Part shown: piece by piece, positions 48,414 to 60,400 of the stretch
Layout of the letters: each line of letters starts with the position of its first letter
How positions within the stretch are numbered: position 1 is the first letter of the stretch
Assembly (NCBI GenBank): GCA_963798485.1
Contig: CAWCTR010000017.1
Span: 224,001 to 288,000, forward strand
DNA from: an uncultured delta proteobacterium
GTDB taxonomy: Bacteria > Desulfobacterota > Desulfomonilia > UBA1062
Reading direction: 5' to 3'
DNA: 64,000 nucleotides
Translations under genes and position numbers: made by a program
Notes under the pieces: generated by a model
Told to the model about the DNA's origin: nothing
What the model saw: the letters and a program-made list of their open reading frames with translations, nothing else
The model's database searches: none

Positions 48414-51344
48414 ATGAATGGTAGCCACCATGAGTTACCACGACTCTATAATGTTCGTATATTCCGGACGAACATCGAATACCTGGAAAAATTTTATCCA
48501 GAGATAAATATTGATGATGTTCTGGCATTTACAGGTGTTACCAGATCTGAAATTGATGATGATGGATATTGGTGCACACAGGAGCAGGTCGACCGTTATC
48601 ATAAGAAAATAGTTCATCTCACAAAAAATCCTAACATCACACGGGAGACAGGAAGATATGTACTATCATCCCGCGCATATAGTACCCTCAGACAATTCAT
48701 TTTCGGATTCATATCTCCATCAATGGCCTACTCCCTCCTGCCTAAGATCCATGCAAAGGTCAGTAAGGGTGCCACAATAAAGGTAAACAATCTAGGACCC
48801 AGCAAGGTCGAGGTTATTGCAAAACCTGCCCCGAATGTTTCAGAAAAACCTTATCAGTGTCTGAATCGCCTTGGCCAATTTGAAGCCCTCAGTGCAATAC
48901 TGGCTGGAAATTATGCAACGGTTGAACACCCTCAATGCTTTCACCAGGGTGATGACGAGTGTCAATACATCATATCGTGGGTTGAACCCCTGTTTTTAAA
49001 GATTCGCCGGTGGAGGAATTATTTCCTTCTCTACGGTATAATAATGTGTTTGATCTTATCATTTTTTCTTTCCCTTCCCGATGATCTATTATTGTTGTTC
49101 GCTTTTCTTTTGCTGATTATTTCTCTTACTAATGTTGCGATACAGTTTGAAAGTAAGGTCTATAAAATGCAGGTTTCAGACCAGGCACGTACGGCTGAGC
49201 GCCTGATGCATGAAAGCAACATCCGGAGAAATGAGGCAATACTTGTCCAGGAGATTGGACAAGCCATTTCTTCCATTCAACATATCGATACATTTCTTTC
49301 AACAATTATGAGCACTATCGAGCATCGGCTTGAATTTGACAGGGGCATGGTACTCCTTGCGAATAATGAAAAGACCCGCCTGATATATAAAGCCGGATTC
49401 GGATTTACCCAGGAACAAGAGGATATCTTCATTCAAAACTACCTCCACCTCGACCGCCCCGAGTCCAAGGGCCCTTTTGTAATGGCTTTCAGAAGCAAGA
49501 AACCTTATTTTGTGGAGGATATTAGTAAGGTGGCCGATGAACTGTCTGAGAGGAGCCAGGGGCTTCTCCAGTTGTCCGGCACAAATTCTTTCATCTGCGT
49601 CCCTATTATTTTTGAGGGTGAGCCCCTCGGTGTTCTTTCGGTTGATCGCGCCAATACATCTTCCCCGCTTAAACAAAGTGACCTTGATACACTCATGGGT
49701 ATAGCTCCCCAGATCGCCATAAGTTTGAATAATGCCAGAATATATGAAATGTTGCAGGAGAGTAAGCAGGAGTACCATAACCTTGTCGAGGGAGCCAACA
49801 GTATCATTCTCAGGCTTGATACGAGAGGCATCATAACCTTTGCAAACAAATATGCTATGGATTTTTATGGATATTCGAGATCCGAAATGATTGGGAGAAA
49901 TGTTGCGGGTCTGATCGTGCCTGAGAAAGATAACAAAGGGAGAGACTTTCATGTTCAGATGGAAAAATATTTGAAGAATCCTGAACGTTATATCACCCTG
50001 GAAGCCGAGCATCTCCTGAAAGACGGAAAGTCTGTATGGGTAAGCTGGAGCAACAAAGCGATCAGGAATAAAGATGGTTACATCACAGAAATCCTCAGTG
50101 TAGGCAATGATATTACCTCGCGTAAACAAGCCGAAGAAGAAAAGAGACAGCTTGAAGATCAGTTGGTAAGGGCACAGAAGATGGAGGCCATCGGTGCATT
50201 GGCCGGTGGTGTGGCCCATGACTTGAACAATATTTTAAGCGGTATCACGAGTTATCCCGAACTTCTCCTTATGGAAATCCCGGAGGGAAGCCCCATGAGG
50301 AAGGCGGTACTAACCATCAAGAAATCCGGAGACAAGGCTGCCGCCATTGTCCAGGACCTTCTCACCCTTGCCCGCAGGGGGGTCAATATCTCGAATGTAG
50401 TTGATCTGAATACTATAGCAAGAGACTACTTTGAGAGTCCGGAGTTCTCAAAACTCCAGGAATATCATCCTCATACTAATTTTGAGATCAGGCTTGAAGA
50501 TGAACTCAAGTATATACTAGGTTCCGAGATACACCTCGGGAAGACCCTGATGAACCTTGTTTCGAATGCAGCCGAGGCTATGTCCAATGGTGGCACTGTT
50601 ACGGTGAGCACCGGCAACAAGTATCTTGAAAAGCCTCTCAAAGGCTATGATATGGTATCCCAGGGTGAATATGTGGTTCTTACCGTTGCTGATACCGGCA
50701 TTGGGATTTCAGAAGATGACTTAAAGAAGATTTTTGAGCCGTTCTTCTCAAAAAAGACAATGGGCAGGAGCGGTACAGGTCTTGGCATGACGGTTGTCTG
50801 GTCCACCGTAAAGGACCACAAAGGTTACATAGACGTAGAGAGCGAGGAGGGCAGGGGAACCAGATTTAACCTCTATTTCCCAGTCACCAGGCACATCCTT
50901 AAAGAAAAAAACGCTAAGGGATCGATCCAGGATTATTCAGGCACGGAGCATATCCTTGTCGTGGATGATGCCGAGCAACAGCGGGATATCACCAAGAATG
51001 TGTTAATGAAGCTCGGGTACAAGGTGGATATAGCCATGAGCGGTGAAGATGCTGTGGAGTTCATCAAACTGTATGCAGTAGACCTTGTTATACTCGACAT
51101 GATTATGAACCCCGGGATAGATGGTTTGGAGACCTATAAAAGGATGCTTGCCGTACGGGGTCTCCAGAAGGCCATTGTCGTAAGTGGTTTCTCTGAGACA
51201 GATAGCGTAAGAGAAGCCCTTAAACTGGGTGTGGGGGCATATATTCGTAAACCCTATGCCTTAAGTGATCTTGCTAAGGCGGTAAGGTCGGAACTCGATA
51301 AGACAAAAGACACACTTCCCTGTCCACCAGTATCAATACCATAA
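48414..51344 (+). CDS. Hybrid sensor histidine kinase (V4R-like sensor, 2 TM, GAF, PAS, HisKA, HATPase, REC)
   Basis: C..R.G...[15 protein letters not shown]; [10 protein letters not shown]; DTGIGI; GTGLGM; VVDD...LDMIM...KPY. Confidence 0.9.
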   Translation: MNGSHHELPRLYNVRIFRTNIEYLEKFYPEINIDDVLAFTGVTRSEIDDDGYWCTQEQVDRYHKKIVHLTKNPNITRETGRYVLSSRAYSTLRQFIFGFISPSMAYSLLPKIHAKVSKGATIKVNNLGPSKVEVIAKPAPNVSEKPYQCLNRLGQFEALSAILAGNYATVEHPQCFHQGDDECQYIISWVEPLFLKIRRWRNYFLLYGIIMCLILSFFLSLPDDLLLLFAFLLLIISLTNVAIQFESKVYKMQVSDQARTAERLMHESNIRRNEAILVQEIGQAISSIQHIDTFLSTIMSTIEHRLEFDRGMVLLANNEKTRLIYKAGFGFTQEQEDIFIQNYLHLDRPESKGPFVMAFRSKKPYFVEDISKVADELSERSQGLLQLSGTNSFICVPIIFEGEPLGVLSVDRANTSSPLKQSDLDTLMGIAPQIAISLNNARIYEMLQESKQEYHNLVEGANSIILRLDTRGIITFANKYAMDFYGYSRSEMIGRNVAGLIVPEKDNKGRDFHVQMEKYLKNPERYITLEAEHLLKDGKSVWVSWSNKAIRNKDGYITEILSVGNDITSRKQAEEEKRQLEDQLVRAQKMEAIGALAGGVAHDLNNILSGITSYPELLLMEIPEGSPMRKAVLTIKKSGDKAAAIVQDLLTLARRGVNISNVVDLNTIARDYFESPEFSKLQEYHPHTNFEIRLEDELKYILGSEIHLGKTLMNLVSNAAEAMSNGGTVTVSTGNKYLEKPLKGYDMVSQGEYVVLTVADTGIGISEDDLKKIFEPFFSKKTMGRSGTGLGMTVVWSTVKDHKGYIDVESEEGRGTRFNLYFPVTRHILKEKNAKGSIQDYSGTEHILVVDDAEQQRDITKNVLMKLGYKVDIAMSGEDAVEFIKLYAVDLVILDMIMNPGIDGLETYKRMLAVRGLQKAIVVSGFSETDSVREALKLGVGAYIRKPYALSDLAKAVRSELDKTKDTLPCPPVSIP

Positions 51345-51484
51345 AAAAGCTGATCGTCTTTAGTGCCCTTCCTGCTGACCCCAATAATCATCCCTGTTGT
51401 GCTTACGAAGTTTCATGCCGGATACGAAGTGTGATACAAAGTCAGTAATAGATGATCCTTAGAGGAGCTTGATACGACCCTGCC

Positions 51485-52444
51485 ATGGATATATCGATAA
51501 GATTCATTCTCTTCCAGGTATTGATCATCGTCCCCTTTGCCTCCGGCATGGCTGCGAAAAGCCTATGCAGAATACCTGACCTATCAGGTTTTACCAAGAA
51601 GCTCATCAGGGTCAATCTGGTCATTATCGAGCCCACTATCGCCTTGTGGAGCACATGGGGGCTGACCCTCACTCGAGAGCTTATCCTGCTTCCTCTTTCC
51701 GGCCTCTTCCTTGTGATGGCGGGCATGATCTTTGGCAAGGTATTCAAGCGCATTCTCAGCCTTTCTGGAAAAAAGGGAGCAACCTTTCTGATCAGTTCAA
51801 CACTGGCCAACCACGGGTTTACCATGGGGGCCTTTCTGTGTTACCTCCTTATTGGAGAGAAGGGGCTCGGGTTGGCGTTTCTCTTTCTTTCCTATTTCAT
51901 GCCCTTTATCTTTCTCGTCATCTTCCCCTATGCCCGCAAACAATCAACAGGAAAACGCCTTGACCTTTCATTTGCTTTTGATTTTTTCCTGAGCCTCCAG
52001 AACATGCCGCTCTTTGCCATTATCCTATCGCTCTTTTTTCTTGCCCTTGGATTTAAAAGGCCTCATATTTCATTCCCCGTTGATATCTTCATCATCATAT
52101 CCATGGCGCTGTACTATTTTACCCTTGGGCTCAATTTCGAGTTGCCAGCCTTCTTTGCCTCAGGAAAAGAGAATGCAGCCCTTGCAGCAATAAAATTCTT
52201 ACTCGTACCGGCTGTAACGCTCCTCATCCTTAAGACACTCCATCTTAGCCCTGCCATTGAGACAGTAATATTTGTCCAGTCGTTCATGCCTGCTGCCATT
52301 TATTCCGTGGTATCATCCGTCCTGTTCGATCTGGATGCCGGGTTTGCATCAAATCTGTTTGTGTGGAATTCTATTATATTTCTTGCAGGGATATTGCCTG
52401 TGCTCTTTATCTTCAGGGGCTTTTTCTTAGGGCTCCTGGTCTAA
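51485..52444 (+). CDS. AEC (auxin efflux carrier) family transporter
   Basis: ~10 TM; LANHGFTMG and SFMPAA motifs. Confidence 0.75.
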   Translation: MDISIRFILFQVLIIVPFASGMAAKSLCRIPDLSGFTKKLIRVNLVIIEPTIALWSTWGLTLTRELILLPLSGLFLVMAGMIFGKVFKRILSLSGKKGATFLISSTLANHGFTMGAFLCYLLIGEKGLGLAFLFLSYFMPFIFLVIFPYARKQSTGKRLDLSFAFDFFLSLQNMPLFAIILSLFFLALGFKRPHISFPVDIFIIISMALYYFTLGLNFELPAFFASGKENAALAAIKFLLVPAVTLLILKTLHLSPAIETVIFVQSFMPAAIYSVVSSVLFDLDAGFASNLFVWNSIIFLAGILPVLFIFRGFFLGLLV

Positions 52445-52458
52445 TAGGGGAGGGATTA

Positions 52459-53073
52459 ATGACCATACATGCAGTATTGTTCGACTTTGGCGGGGTGATT
52501 GCAGAAGAGGGGTTCAAAAACGGGATCACGCATATCGCTTCTGTGAATTCATTGGATGCGGCTGAATTCTTTAAAACAGCCCAGGACCTGATTTTCTCTA
52601 TCGGATACCTAACCGGCCATGGCAGCGAGGCCTCTTTATGGGAACGACTAAGAGCGCAAGCAGGGATCAAAGGCAGCGATGAAGAGCTGAAGGCCATCAT
52701 CCTGGGACGCTTTATCCTGAGGGACTGGATGATGACACTGGTAAAAAGGTTGAGAGAGGCATCTGTTCGCGTGGCCATCCTGAGCGATCAGACCAACTGG
52801 CTTGACGAGCTTGATTCAAAATTGCATTTCTTCGACCAGTTTGAGCGTGTTTTCAACAGCTTTCATCTGGGCAAGAGCAAGAACGACCCGAGCATCTTCA
52901 CCGATGTCATTGCAGTCATGGGCATCAGGCCAAGCGAGACACTTTTTATCGACGATACCCTTGGCCATGTGGAAAGGGCTCGCTCAAAAGGCCTGCATGC
53001 CATCCACTATACAGGCAAACAACAATTCTTAGACGAAATGAAAAGGTTTTTCCCCGGCATGGTGTTTTTTTGA
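52459..53073 (+). CDS. HAD-family phosphatase
   Basis: LFDFGGV, LSD, K..P.IF and FIDD motifs. Confidence 0.9.
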   Translation: MTIHAVLFDFGGVIAEEGFKNGITHIASVNSLDAAEFFKTAQDLIFSIGYLTGHGSEASLWERLRAQAGIKGSDEELKAIILGRFILRDWMMTLVKRLREASVRVAILSDQTNWLDELDSKLHFFDQFERVFNSFHLGKSKNDPSIFTDVIAVMGIRPSETLFIDDTLGHVERARSKGLHAIHYTGKQQFLDEMKRFFPGMVFF

Positions 53074-53170
53074 TTTACCATGGTGACACGCCTTGATTTT
53101 TGAGCGGTGAGAACTTATGTAATCCTATGATATCCGACATAATTTATACGCCAGTACAAACGGAGGAGCT

Positions 53171-55144
53171 ATGGAGCAGGCAGAGCATAAGAAAGAGACA
53201 CACCAGTTCAAGGCAGAGGTCGTCAAGGTTCTGAATCTCATCATCAATTCGCTGTATTCGCATCCCGAGATCTTTTTAAGGGAACTCATCTCGAATTCCT
53301 CAGATGCTATCGACAAGATCAGGTTCAAGTCGCAGACCGAACCAGATATCCTTGGCAAAGATACCGAATTCAAGATCAGGATAATCCCTGATATCAAGGC
53401 CAGGACCATCACCATAGAGGACAATGGGATCGGCATGACGTATGACGAGGTGGTGGAAAACATCGGGACCATTGCCCAGAGCGGCACAAAGGCCTTCCTT
53501 GAAGCCATCGACGCGATGAAGAAGAAGGAAAGCATCGCGCCCGAGCTCATCGGGCAATTCGGTGTAGGGTTCTACAGCTCATTCATCGTGGCGGAAAAGG
53601 TCACCCTCATCACGAAGGCGGCGGGCGCTTCGAGCGCTACCCGATGGGAATCCACAGGAGACGGCTCATATACCATCGAAGAGACCACAAAGAAGGGAAG
53701 GGGAACATCGGTCACCCTCAAGCTCAAAGACCTGGGCGAAGACGAGCCCGAGTATACGGACGAATGGACCATCAGGGACGTGGTGAAGCGCCACTCAGAC
53801 TTCGTGAACTACCCCATTGTCATGGATGTGGAGCGCGATGAGCCCATCCCTGATGCCGAGCTCCTCAAGGACAGCGAAGGGCAACCCATAGGTGAGACGA
53901 CCAGGAAGGTGAAGCGCGAAGAGATATTGAACTCCATGAAGGCCATCTGGACCAGGAACAAGACCGATATCACAGAAGAGGAGTATACCGAGTTCTACAA
54001 GCACATCAGCCATGACTGGAATCCGCCCTTGGAGCATATGCACATCAGGTTCGAAGGGACCACCGAATACAATGCCCTGCTGTATATCCCCTCCAAGATT
54101 CCATTCGACTTTACCATACGCGAGCGCAAGCACGGGATCCACCTTTACTGTAAGCGCGTTTTCATCATGGATGACTGCAAGGAGCTCATGCCCGAATACT
54201 TCAGCTTCATCCAGGGTGTGGTGGATGCCCCTGACCTGAACCTCAACATCAGCCGCGAGATCCTCCAGCAGGACAGCCTGGTGAGGAACATCCGCAAGAA
54301 CCTCATCAAGAGGCTCTTCGACCTTTTAGAAGGCATGGACAAGGAGAAATATGACCAGTTCTATGCCGAGTTCGGACCTGTCATGAAGATCGGCATCCCC
54401 ACCGACCACGACAACCGGGACAGGATCTCCAAGCTCCTCAGGTATCAGACCACAAACACCGAGGGGAAATATGTCTCGTTGGACGACTATGCGGCCCGCA
54501 TGCAGCCCGATCAGGATGCAATCTATTACATCACAGGCGAGAACGCCGCTACCCTATTGAACAGCCCCCACCTGGAGCGACTTAAGGAAAAGGGCATCGA
54601 GGTGGTGCTCATGACCGACCCCATTGATGAGTTTGTCGTGCAGGTCTTGAGGGAATTCGACGGTAAGAAATTCATAAGCGCAGAGAAGGGCGACCTCAGC
54701 CTCACAGAGGTGGATGAGAAGAAAAAGCACGAATTCAGCGACTTCTTCGTCTTCCTCAAGGAAGAGCTGAAAGACCGGGTAAGGGACGTGAAGGCATCCA
54801 CGCACCTGAAGGACTCCCTTGCCTGCCTGTCCGGGGAGACCTATGACATGAGCCCCTATTTGGAGAAGATCATGAAGGCGAGCGGGCAGAAGACCGAACC
54901 TGCCAAGAGGATCCTTGAACTCAATATCGACCATCCGGCCGTATCCAACATCAAATTCATGTTCGATAAGAACAGGAAAGACCCTCTCCTGAAGGATTAT
55001 GCCCGTCTCCTCTTGGATCTTGCGCTCATATCAGAAGGCTCAAAACTGGATAACCCGGCAAGCTTTTCAAAGACCATCGGCACTATCCTGGCTGAGGCGA
55101 TCACCGTGGAAGAGCTCATAGCAGGAGATGCCATAGAGGTCTGA
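53171..55144 (+). CDS. htpG: Molecular chaperone HtpG (Hsp90)
   Basis: [36 protein letters not shown] and LNISREILQ motifs. Confidence 0.97.
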   Translation: MEQAEHKKETHQFKAEVVKVLNLIINSLYSHPEIFLRELISNSSDAIDKIRFKSQTEPDILGKDTEFKIRIIPDIKARTITIEDNGIGMTYDEVVENIGTIAQSGTKAFLEAIDAMKKKESIAPELIGQFGVGFYSSFIVAEKVTLITKAAGASSATRWESTGDGSYTIEETTKKGRGTSVTLKLKDLGEDEPEYTDEWTIRDVVKRHSDFVNYPIVMDVERDEPIPDAELLKDSEGQPIGETTRKVKREEILNSMKAIWTRNKTDITEEEYTEFYKHISHDWNPPLEHMHIRFEGTTEYNALLYIPSKIPFDFTIRERKHGIHLYCKRVFIMDDCKELMPEYFSFIQGVVDAPDLNLNISREILQQDSLVRNIRKNLIKRLFDLLEGMDKEKYDQFYAEFGPVMKIGIPTDHDNRDRISKLLRYQTTNTEGKYVSLDDYAARMQPDQDAIYYITGENAATLLNSPHLERLKEKGIEVVLMTDPIDEFVVQVLREFDGKKFISAEKGDLSLTEVDEKKKHEFSDFFVFLKEELKDRVRDVKASTHLKDSLACLSGETYDMSPYLEKIMKASGQKTEPAKRILELNIDHPAVSNIKFMFDKNRKDPLLKDYARLLLDLALISEGSKLDNPASFSKTIGTILAEAITVEELIAGDAIEV

Positions 55145-55197
55145 GAGAGAGAAAAGCGAAGGGAGCCTTATAGAAAATTGACTCTGACCCCCGACCC

Positions 55198-55551
55198 CTA
55201 AATTTTCCCAAGACTGATGAGGGTCTCTTTCAGAATTTGTGCCGAACGATGCAGGGACTGCATTTCATCCCCGGAGTGCGGCCCTTCGATGATCTTCTCC
55301 ACACCACTTCGGGTAACGATACAGGGGAGGCTCAGACAGACATCCTTAACCCCGTATTCCCCATCCAGCATGGTGGATACGGTCAGCACACCGTGCTGGT
55401 TCCGGAGGATAGCCGAGACGACCTGGACCAGAGCCAGCCCTATGGCAAAGTAGGTTGACCCCTTGTAGTCTATGATATGGTAGGCGGAATTCCTGACTTC
55501 GTCCATTATCCTCGTTCGCCCTTCTTCCCAGTCTTCGCACCTATGTCGATA
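55198..55551 (-). pseudogene. ldh: C-terminal remnant of L-lactate dehydrogenase
   Basis: VRNSAYHIIDYKGSTYFAIG...LDGEYGVKDVCLSLPCIV; the NAD-binding N-terminal part is absent. Confidence 0.8.
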
Positions 55552-55643
55552 AAAGGATTGACTCCTTCATGCATTGTCGATACAAATTTCCTATCGGTAA
55601 AGTCAGTTCTCGTGCGTATCCATGATGATATGCCGGAGGGGCC

Positions 55644-56492
55644 TTGAAATCCAGTATGGTTGATCAGGTATCCATAGGCATTTGCCAAAACTCTTTAACA
55701 TACGATTTCGAGCATAACATCAAAAGGGCTGCGGCCATGGCGGATCAGGCGGCAGATATGGGTGCGGACATCGTTGTATTTACCGAGATGTTCTTCACGC
55801 CCTATGAGCCAAAGGCGATTTGCTCTGCTGCGCAATTCAGCCCCCAGGCCCTCGATGACATGAAGGTAAAGGCATCCAGCCGTAAAATTTATATTGTCGC
55901 CGGCTCCATGCCTTGGAAATCGCAGGGAACTCGGTTATACAACCGCGCATATGTACTTGACCCTGAGGGAGAGATTATCTTTCACCATGATAAGATCCAC
56001 CTTTTTGATTGTACCACGCCTGGTGGTCCTTTGGTGAAGGAATCAGAGGTGATTATCCCCGGCGGCTCACTTACACATTTTGAAACCCCATGGGGGAATG
56101 CATCGGTGATCATTTGTTACGACATCAGGTTCACCCCCCTTACCCAACTCCTGGCAGATAAGGAGGTCAGGCTCTTGTTTATACCGGCTGCATTTTCTCA
56201 AGCAACAGGTAATGCCCACTGGGAGATGCTGGTCAGGATGCGGGCAGTGGAGTTGCAGGCCTTTGTCATTGGGGTGCAGCCGGCATACAACCCGGAACTG
56301 AAATATATCCCCTGGGGCCATTCCATGGTAGCATCCCCTTGGGGAGGGATGCTCCTTGATGCCGGCATCGACGAGACTGTTCAGGTCGTGAAGCTGGATC
56401 TTACGGAAATCGATAGGATCAGGGCACAGTTCCCCTTATGTGCCCATCGCAGGGTTGATCTCTACCAGACTGTATGGAAGGGTGGTTCATGA
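55644..56492 (+). CDS. Carbon-nitrogen hydrolase (Nit/omega-amidase-like)
   Basis: Catalytic triad in FTEMF, KIHLFD and ICYDIRF. Confidence 0.9.
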   Translation: MKSSMVDQVSIGICQNSLTYDFEHNIKRAAAMADQAADMGADIVVFTEMFFTPYEPKAICSAAQFSPQALDDMKVKASSRKIYIVAGSMPWKSQGTRLYNRAYVLDPEGEIIFHHDKIHLFDCTTPGGPLVKESEVIIPGGSLTHFETPWGNASVIICYDIRFTPLTQLLADKEVRLLFIPAAFSQATGNAHWEMLVRMRAVELQAFVIGVQPAYNPELKYIPWGHSMVASPWGGMLLDAGIDETVQVVKLDLTEIDRIRAQFPLCAHRRVDLYQTVWKGGS

Positions 56493-57238
56493 TAGAGATC
56501 CGGTCGCTTTGCAAGACATTCAAGACACAGAAGGTACTTGATAATCTTGATATCGATATACCCGAAGGGAAAATAACGGTAATCTTGGGTCCCACCGGCA
56601 CTGGAAAGAGCGTCCTGCTGAAGCTCATCCTTGGGCTCATGAAACCTGACTCAGGGCAGATCCTCTTTGATGGCAAGGATATTGTTGCCATGAATGAAGA
56701 GGAGCTTTCCGAGATCAGAAAAAAATTCGGTGTATGCTTCCAGGATTCGGCATTATTCGATTCAATGTCCGTGGGAGAGAATGTAGGGTTTCCTTTTGCC
56801 ATGCATACGAAACTTGAGAAAGACAAGATTGCAACCGAGGTGGCCGCATTGCTCAGAGAGGTAGGCCTGGCAGGCATTGAGGCCAAAATGCCAGCCCAGC
56901 TCTCAGGCGGCATGCGTAAGAGGGTAGGTCTTGCCCGGGCGCTTGCCATGAACCCGCAGGTTTTGCTTTTTGATGAGCCCACTACAGGGCTTGACCCGGT
57001 AATGACAAGTGCCATAAATTCGCTGATCAAGGGGGTCCAGGGCAAGTCGGGTGCAACGAGCCTCGTGATCAGCCATGACATCCATGGTGCCTTTGAAATG
57101 GCCGATAACATGGCAATTCTCTATGAGGGAAAGGTGGCATTTCATGGGTCGCCGGATGACTTCAATAAAACAAAAGAACCACTTGTAAGACAGTTTGTTG
57201 AAGGATTGCTGGAAGGCCCCATCAATCCGATCCGATAA
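56489..57238 (+). CDS. mlaF: ABC transporter ATP-binding protein (MlaF/Mkl-like)
   Basis: GPTGTGKS, FQDSALFDSM, LSGGMRKRVGLARA and DEPTTGLDP motifs. Confidence 0.8.
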   Translation: MIEIRSLCKTFKTQKVLDNLDIDIPEGKITVILGPTGTGKSVLLKLILGLMKPDSGQILFDGKDIVAMNEEELSEIRKKFGVCFQDSALFDSMSVGENVGFPFAMHTKLEKDKIATEVAALLREVGLAGIEAKMPAQLSGGMRKRVGLARALAMNPQVLLFDEPTTGLDPVMTSAINSLIKGVQGKSGATSLVISHDIHGAFEMADNMAILYEGKVAFHGSPDDFNKTKEPLVRQFVEGLLEGPINPIR

Positions 57239-57415
57239 GCCGGCTTTCGATATTATCATCTTTCCTCATTTTGATACTTTATTATTCCTTTCATTATCCA
57301 CTCTACTTTATCTTATGGGCATTGGCATTTTTATTGTTTTTCTGCTATCTACTTTCGTTGAACATACGATGTATTATCATATGCTCAACAGTTGAAAAGC
57401 ACCGGGAGCTGGAAT

Positions 57416-60400
57416 ATGAAGAAAAAGGATACAACAAGAGAGCCTCTGCGGTTCATCACTGCAACATCGCTTTTTGACGGGCATGACGCGTCCATCAATA
57501 TCATGCGTCGGATCCTGCAAGACAGCGGGGCAGAGGTAATCCACCTGGGCCACAACATGGGTGTTGCCGAGATCGTAAATGCGGCCGTACAGGAAGGGGC
57601 ACACGGCATTGCCGTCAGCTCCTACCAGGGCGGCCATCTCGAGTATTTCAAATATCTCATCGATCTCCTCAAAGGGCAGGGATGCAGCTACGTGAAGGTC
57701 TTCGGCGGCGGCGGCGGGGTCATCGTGCCGGATGAAATTAAGGATCTTGAGGCATACGGAGTCGCGAAGATCTATTCGCCCGATGACGGCAAGGTCATGG
57801 GCCTCAAGGGTATGATTTCGCATATGATGGGAATCGCCGCAGGTGTGCAGATACCGGAGGTGGCCATGGACAATAAGGCCATCCTCGCCAGGGACCCGGT
57901 GCTTATGGGCAGGCTCATCAGTTATGCCGAGCGGGCCAGGTTCTTCAAAGACAAGAGTTTTGAGCCCATGCGTGCCTATCTCAAGGGAATAAAGACTCAT
58001 AGTCCCGTCGTGGGCATCACCGGTACCGGCGGATCGGGCAAGAGCTCCATCATTGACGAGCTGCTTCGCAGGGCGCTCTATCACTATCCTGATAAGACCA
58101 TTGCCGTCATCTCGGTTGACCCCACGCGCTCACGGAGCGGGGGGGCATTGCTGGGAGACAGGATCCGCATGAACCAGATCGACGACAGCCGGGTATACAT
58201 GCGCTCCATGGCTACCCGTGCGTCCAAGGACGAGCTGTCTGAGGCCATCCATGACGCGCTGGATATCGTGAAGGCGGCGGGCTATGACCTTATAATCGTG
58301 GAGACCAGCGGCATCGGCCAGGGTGATACGGCCATTACCACCGTGAGCGACTATTCGCTCTATGTCATGACCTCGGAGTTCGGTGCGCCGTCACAGCTGG
58401 AAAAGATCGACATGCTCGATTTTGCGGATATGGTGCTGATCAACAAGTTCGAACAGGAAAAGGCCCTGGATGCGCTCAAGCATGTGAGAAAGCAGTTCAT
58501 GCGCAATCATGATCTGTTTGAGACGGACCCGGAGAATCTGCCCATCTACGGCACAGTGGCCAGTAGGTACAGTGATGCCGGGATGGACAAGGCCTTTGCC
58601 CATCTCGTTGACACCCTTGTGGAAAAGGGGTTCATCAACTGGCACATGCTGCCCGAGTCCACGGTGGACCAGGAAAAGGCCCACGAGGGCATCGTGCCTT
58701 CCGGAAGGCAGCATTATTTAAGCGAGATAGCCAAGTCCTTAAGGGGATACCATGCCCGCACCAAAGAGGTGAGCGAGAGACTGAGAAGGCTCTATGCCAT
58801 TGAAGACCTCCTTCAGGACAAGGCTGACAAACTCACATCGGAAGGGCTACGAAAGTTGCTTTCCCAGGTGAAAAAGGGCATTGCCAAGGACGACCTGGAG
58901 CTTATCCATGGCTGGGAGAAACAGCATGAGCGGTATAAGTCCAAGTCTTACTCATACACGGTAAGGGACAAGAAGATCCACGTATCGCTCACAAAGGAGT
59001 CGCTGGCCGGCCTTGAGATCCCAAAGATAGCCCTGCCTGCATTCACTGACAAGGGCGACCTCTTTGCCTGGCTCAGGAAGGAGAACCTTCCGGGCTTTTT
59101 CCCCTATACCGCCGGTGTGTTCCCCTTCAAACGCGATTGGGAAGACCCCAAGAGGCAGTTCGCAGGCGAAGGCGGACCGGAAAAGACCAACAAGCGGTTC
59201 CACTATCTATGCAGGCACGACGAGGCCAAGCGCTTGAGCACGGCCTTCGACAGCGTGACGCTCTACGGAGAAGACCCCCACGAGAAGCCGGACATCTTCG
59301 GCAAGATCGGCGAGAGCGGGGTGAGCATCTGTACGCTTTCCGACATGAAGAAGCTCTATGCAGGCTTTGACCTCTGCTCGCCTACCACGAGCGTGTCCAT
59401 GACCATTAACGGCCCGGCCCCCATCATGACCGCCATGTTCTTCAACACGGCCATAGACCAGCAGGTGGAGGTGTTCAAGAAGGAAAAGGGCAGGGCGCCC
59501 AAAGCAGAAGAGCTCGATGCCATCAGGGACCATGTGCTCAGAACAGTTCGCGGAACGGTCCAGGCCGACATCCTCAAGGAGGACCAGGGTCAGAATACCT
59601 GTATTTTTTCCACCGAATTTGCCTTGAAGATGATGGGCGATATCCAGACATATTTCATCGAAAAGGGCGTGGAGAACTTCTATTCCGTGAGCATCAGCGG
59701 TTACCATATCGCCGAGGCAGGGGCGAATCCTATCAGTCAGCTGGCCTTTACCCTTGCCAACGGCTTCACCTATGTGGAGTACTACCTGTCGCGCGGTATG
59801 AACATAGATGACTTTGCCAAGAACTTCTCGTTCTTCTTTTCCAGCGGCATGGACCCTGAGTACAGCGTTCTCGGCAGGGTTGCCCGCAGGATCTGGGCCG
59901 TTGCCATGAGGGACCTCTATGGGGCCGACGAGTCTTCCCAGAGGCTCAAATACCATATCCAGACCTCCGGCAGGTCGCTGCACAGCATGGAGATCCAGTT
60001 CAATGACATCCGTACCACGCTGCAGGCCTTGACCGCCCTGAACGACAACTGCAACTCGCTGCATACCAATGCCTACGACGAGGCCATAACCACGCCCACC
60101 GAGGAGTCGGTGCGCCGTGCCATGGCCATACAGATGATCATCAATCGTGAGTTCGGCCTTTCCATGAACGAGAACCAGCTCCAGGGATCGTTCTTCATGG
60201 ACTGGCTCACGGATGCTGTGGAGGAGGCGGTGCTTAAGGAGTTCGATCGCATCAGCGACCGCAAAGGTGTGCTGGGTGCCATGGAGACCCAGTACCAGCG
60301 CTCCAAGATCCAGGATGAGTCGCTCTACTACGAGCACCTCAAGCATTCGGGCAAGATGCCCATCATCGGCGTGAATACCTTTGAAAACCCCAATGCCGAT

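Noticed and set aside
53090-53130. Possible heat-shock promoter upstream of htpG (CTTGA...)
   Set aside because: The -10 element is not convincing and there is no CIRCE repeat.
59207-60346. Long antisense ORFs (also 49299..50219, 36861..37637, 20132..20881, 8482..9225)
   Set aside because: They shadow well-supported genes on the opposite strand and have no recognisable motifs.
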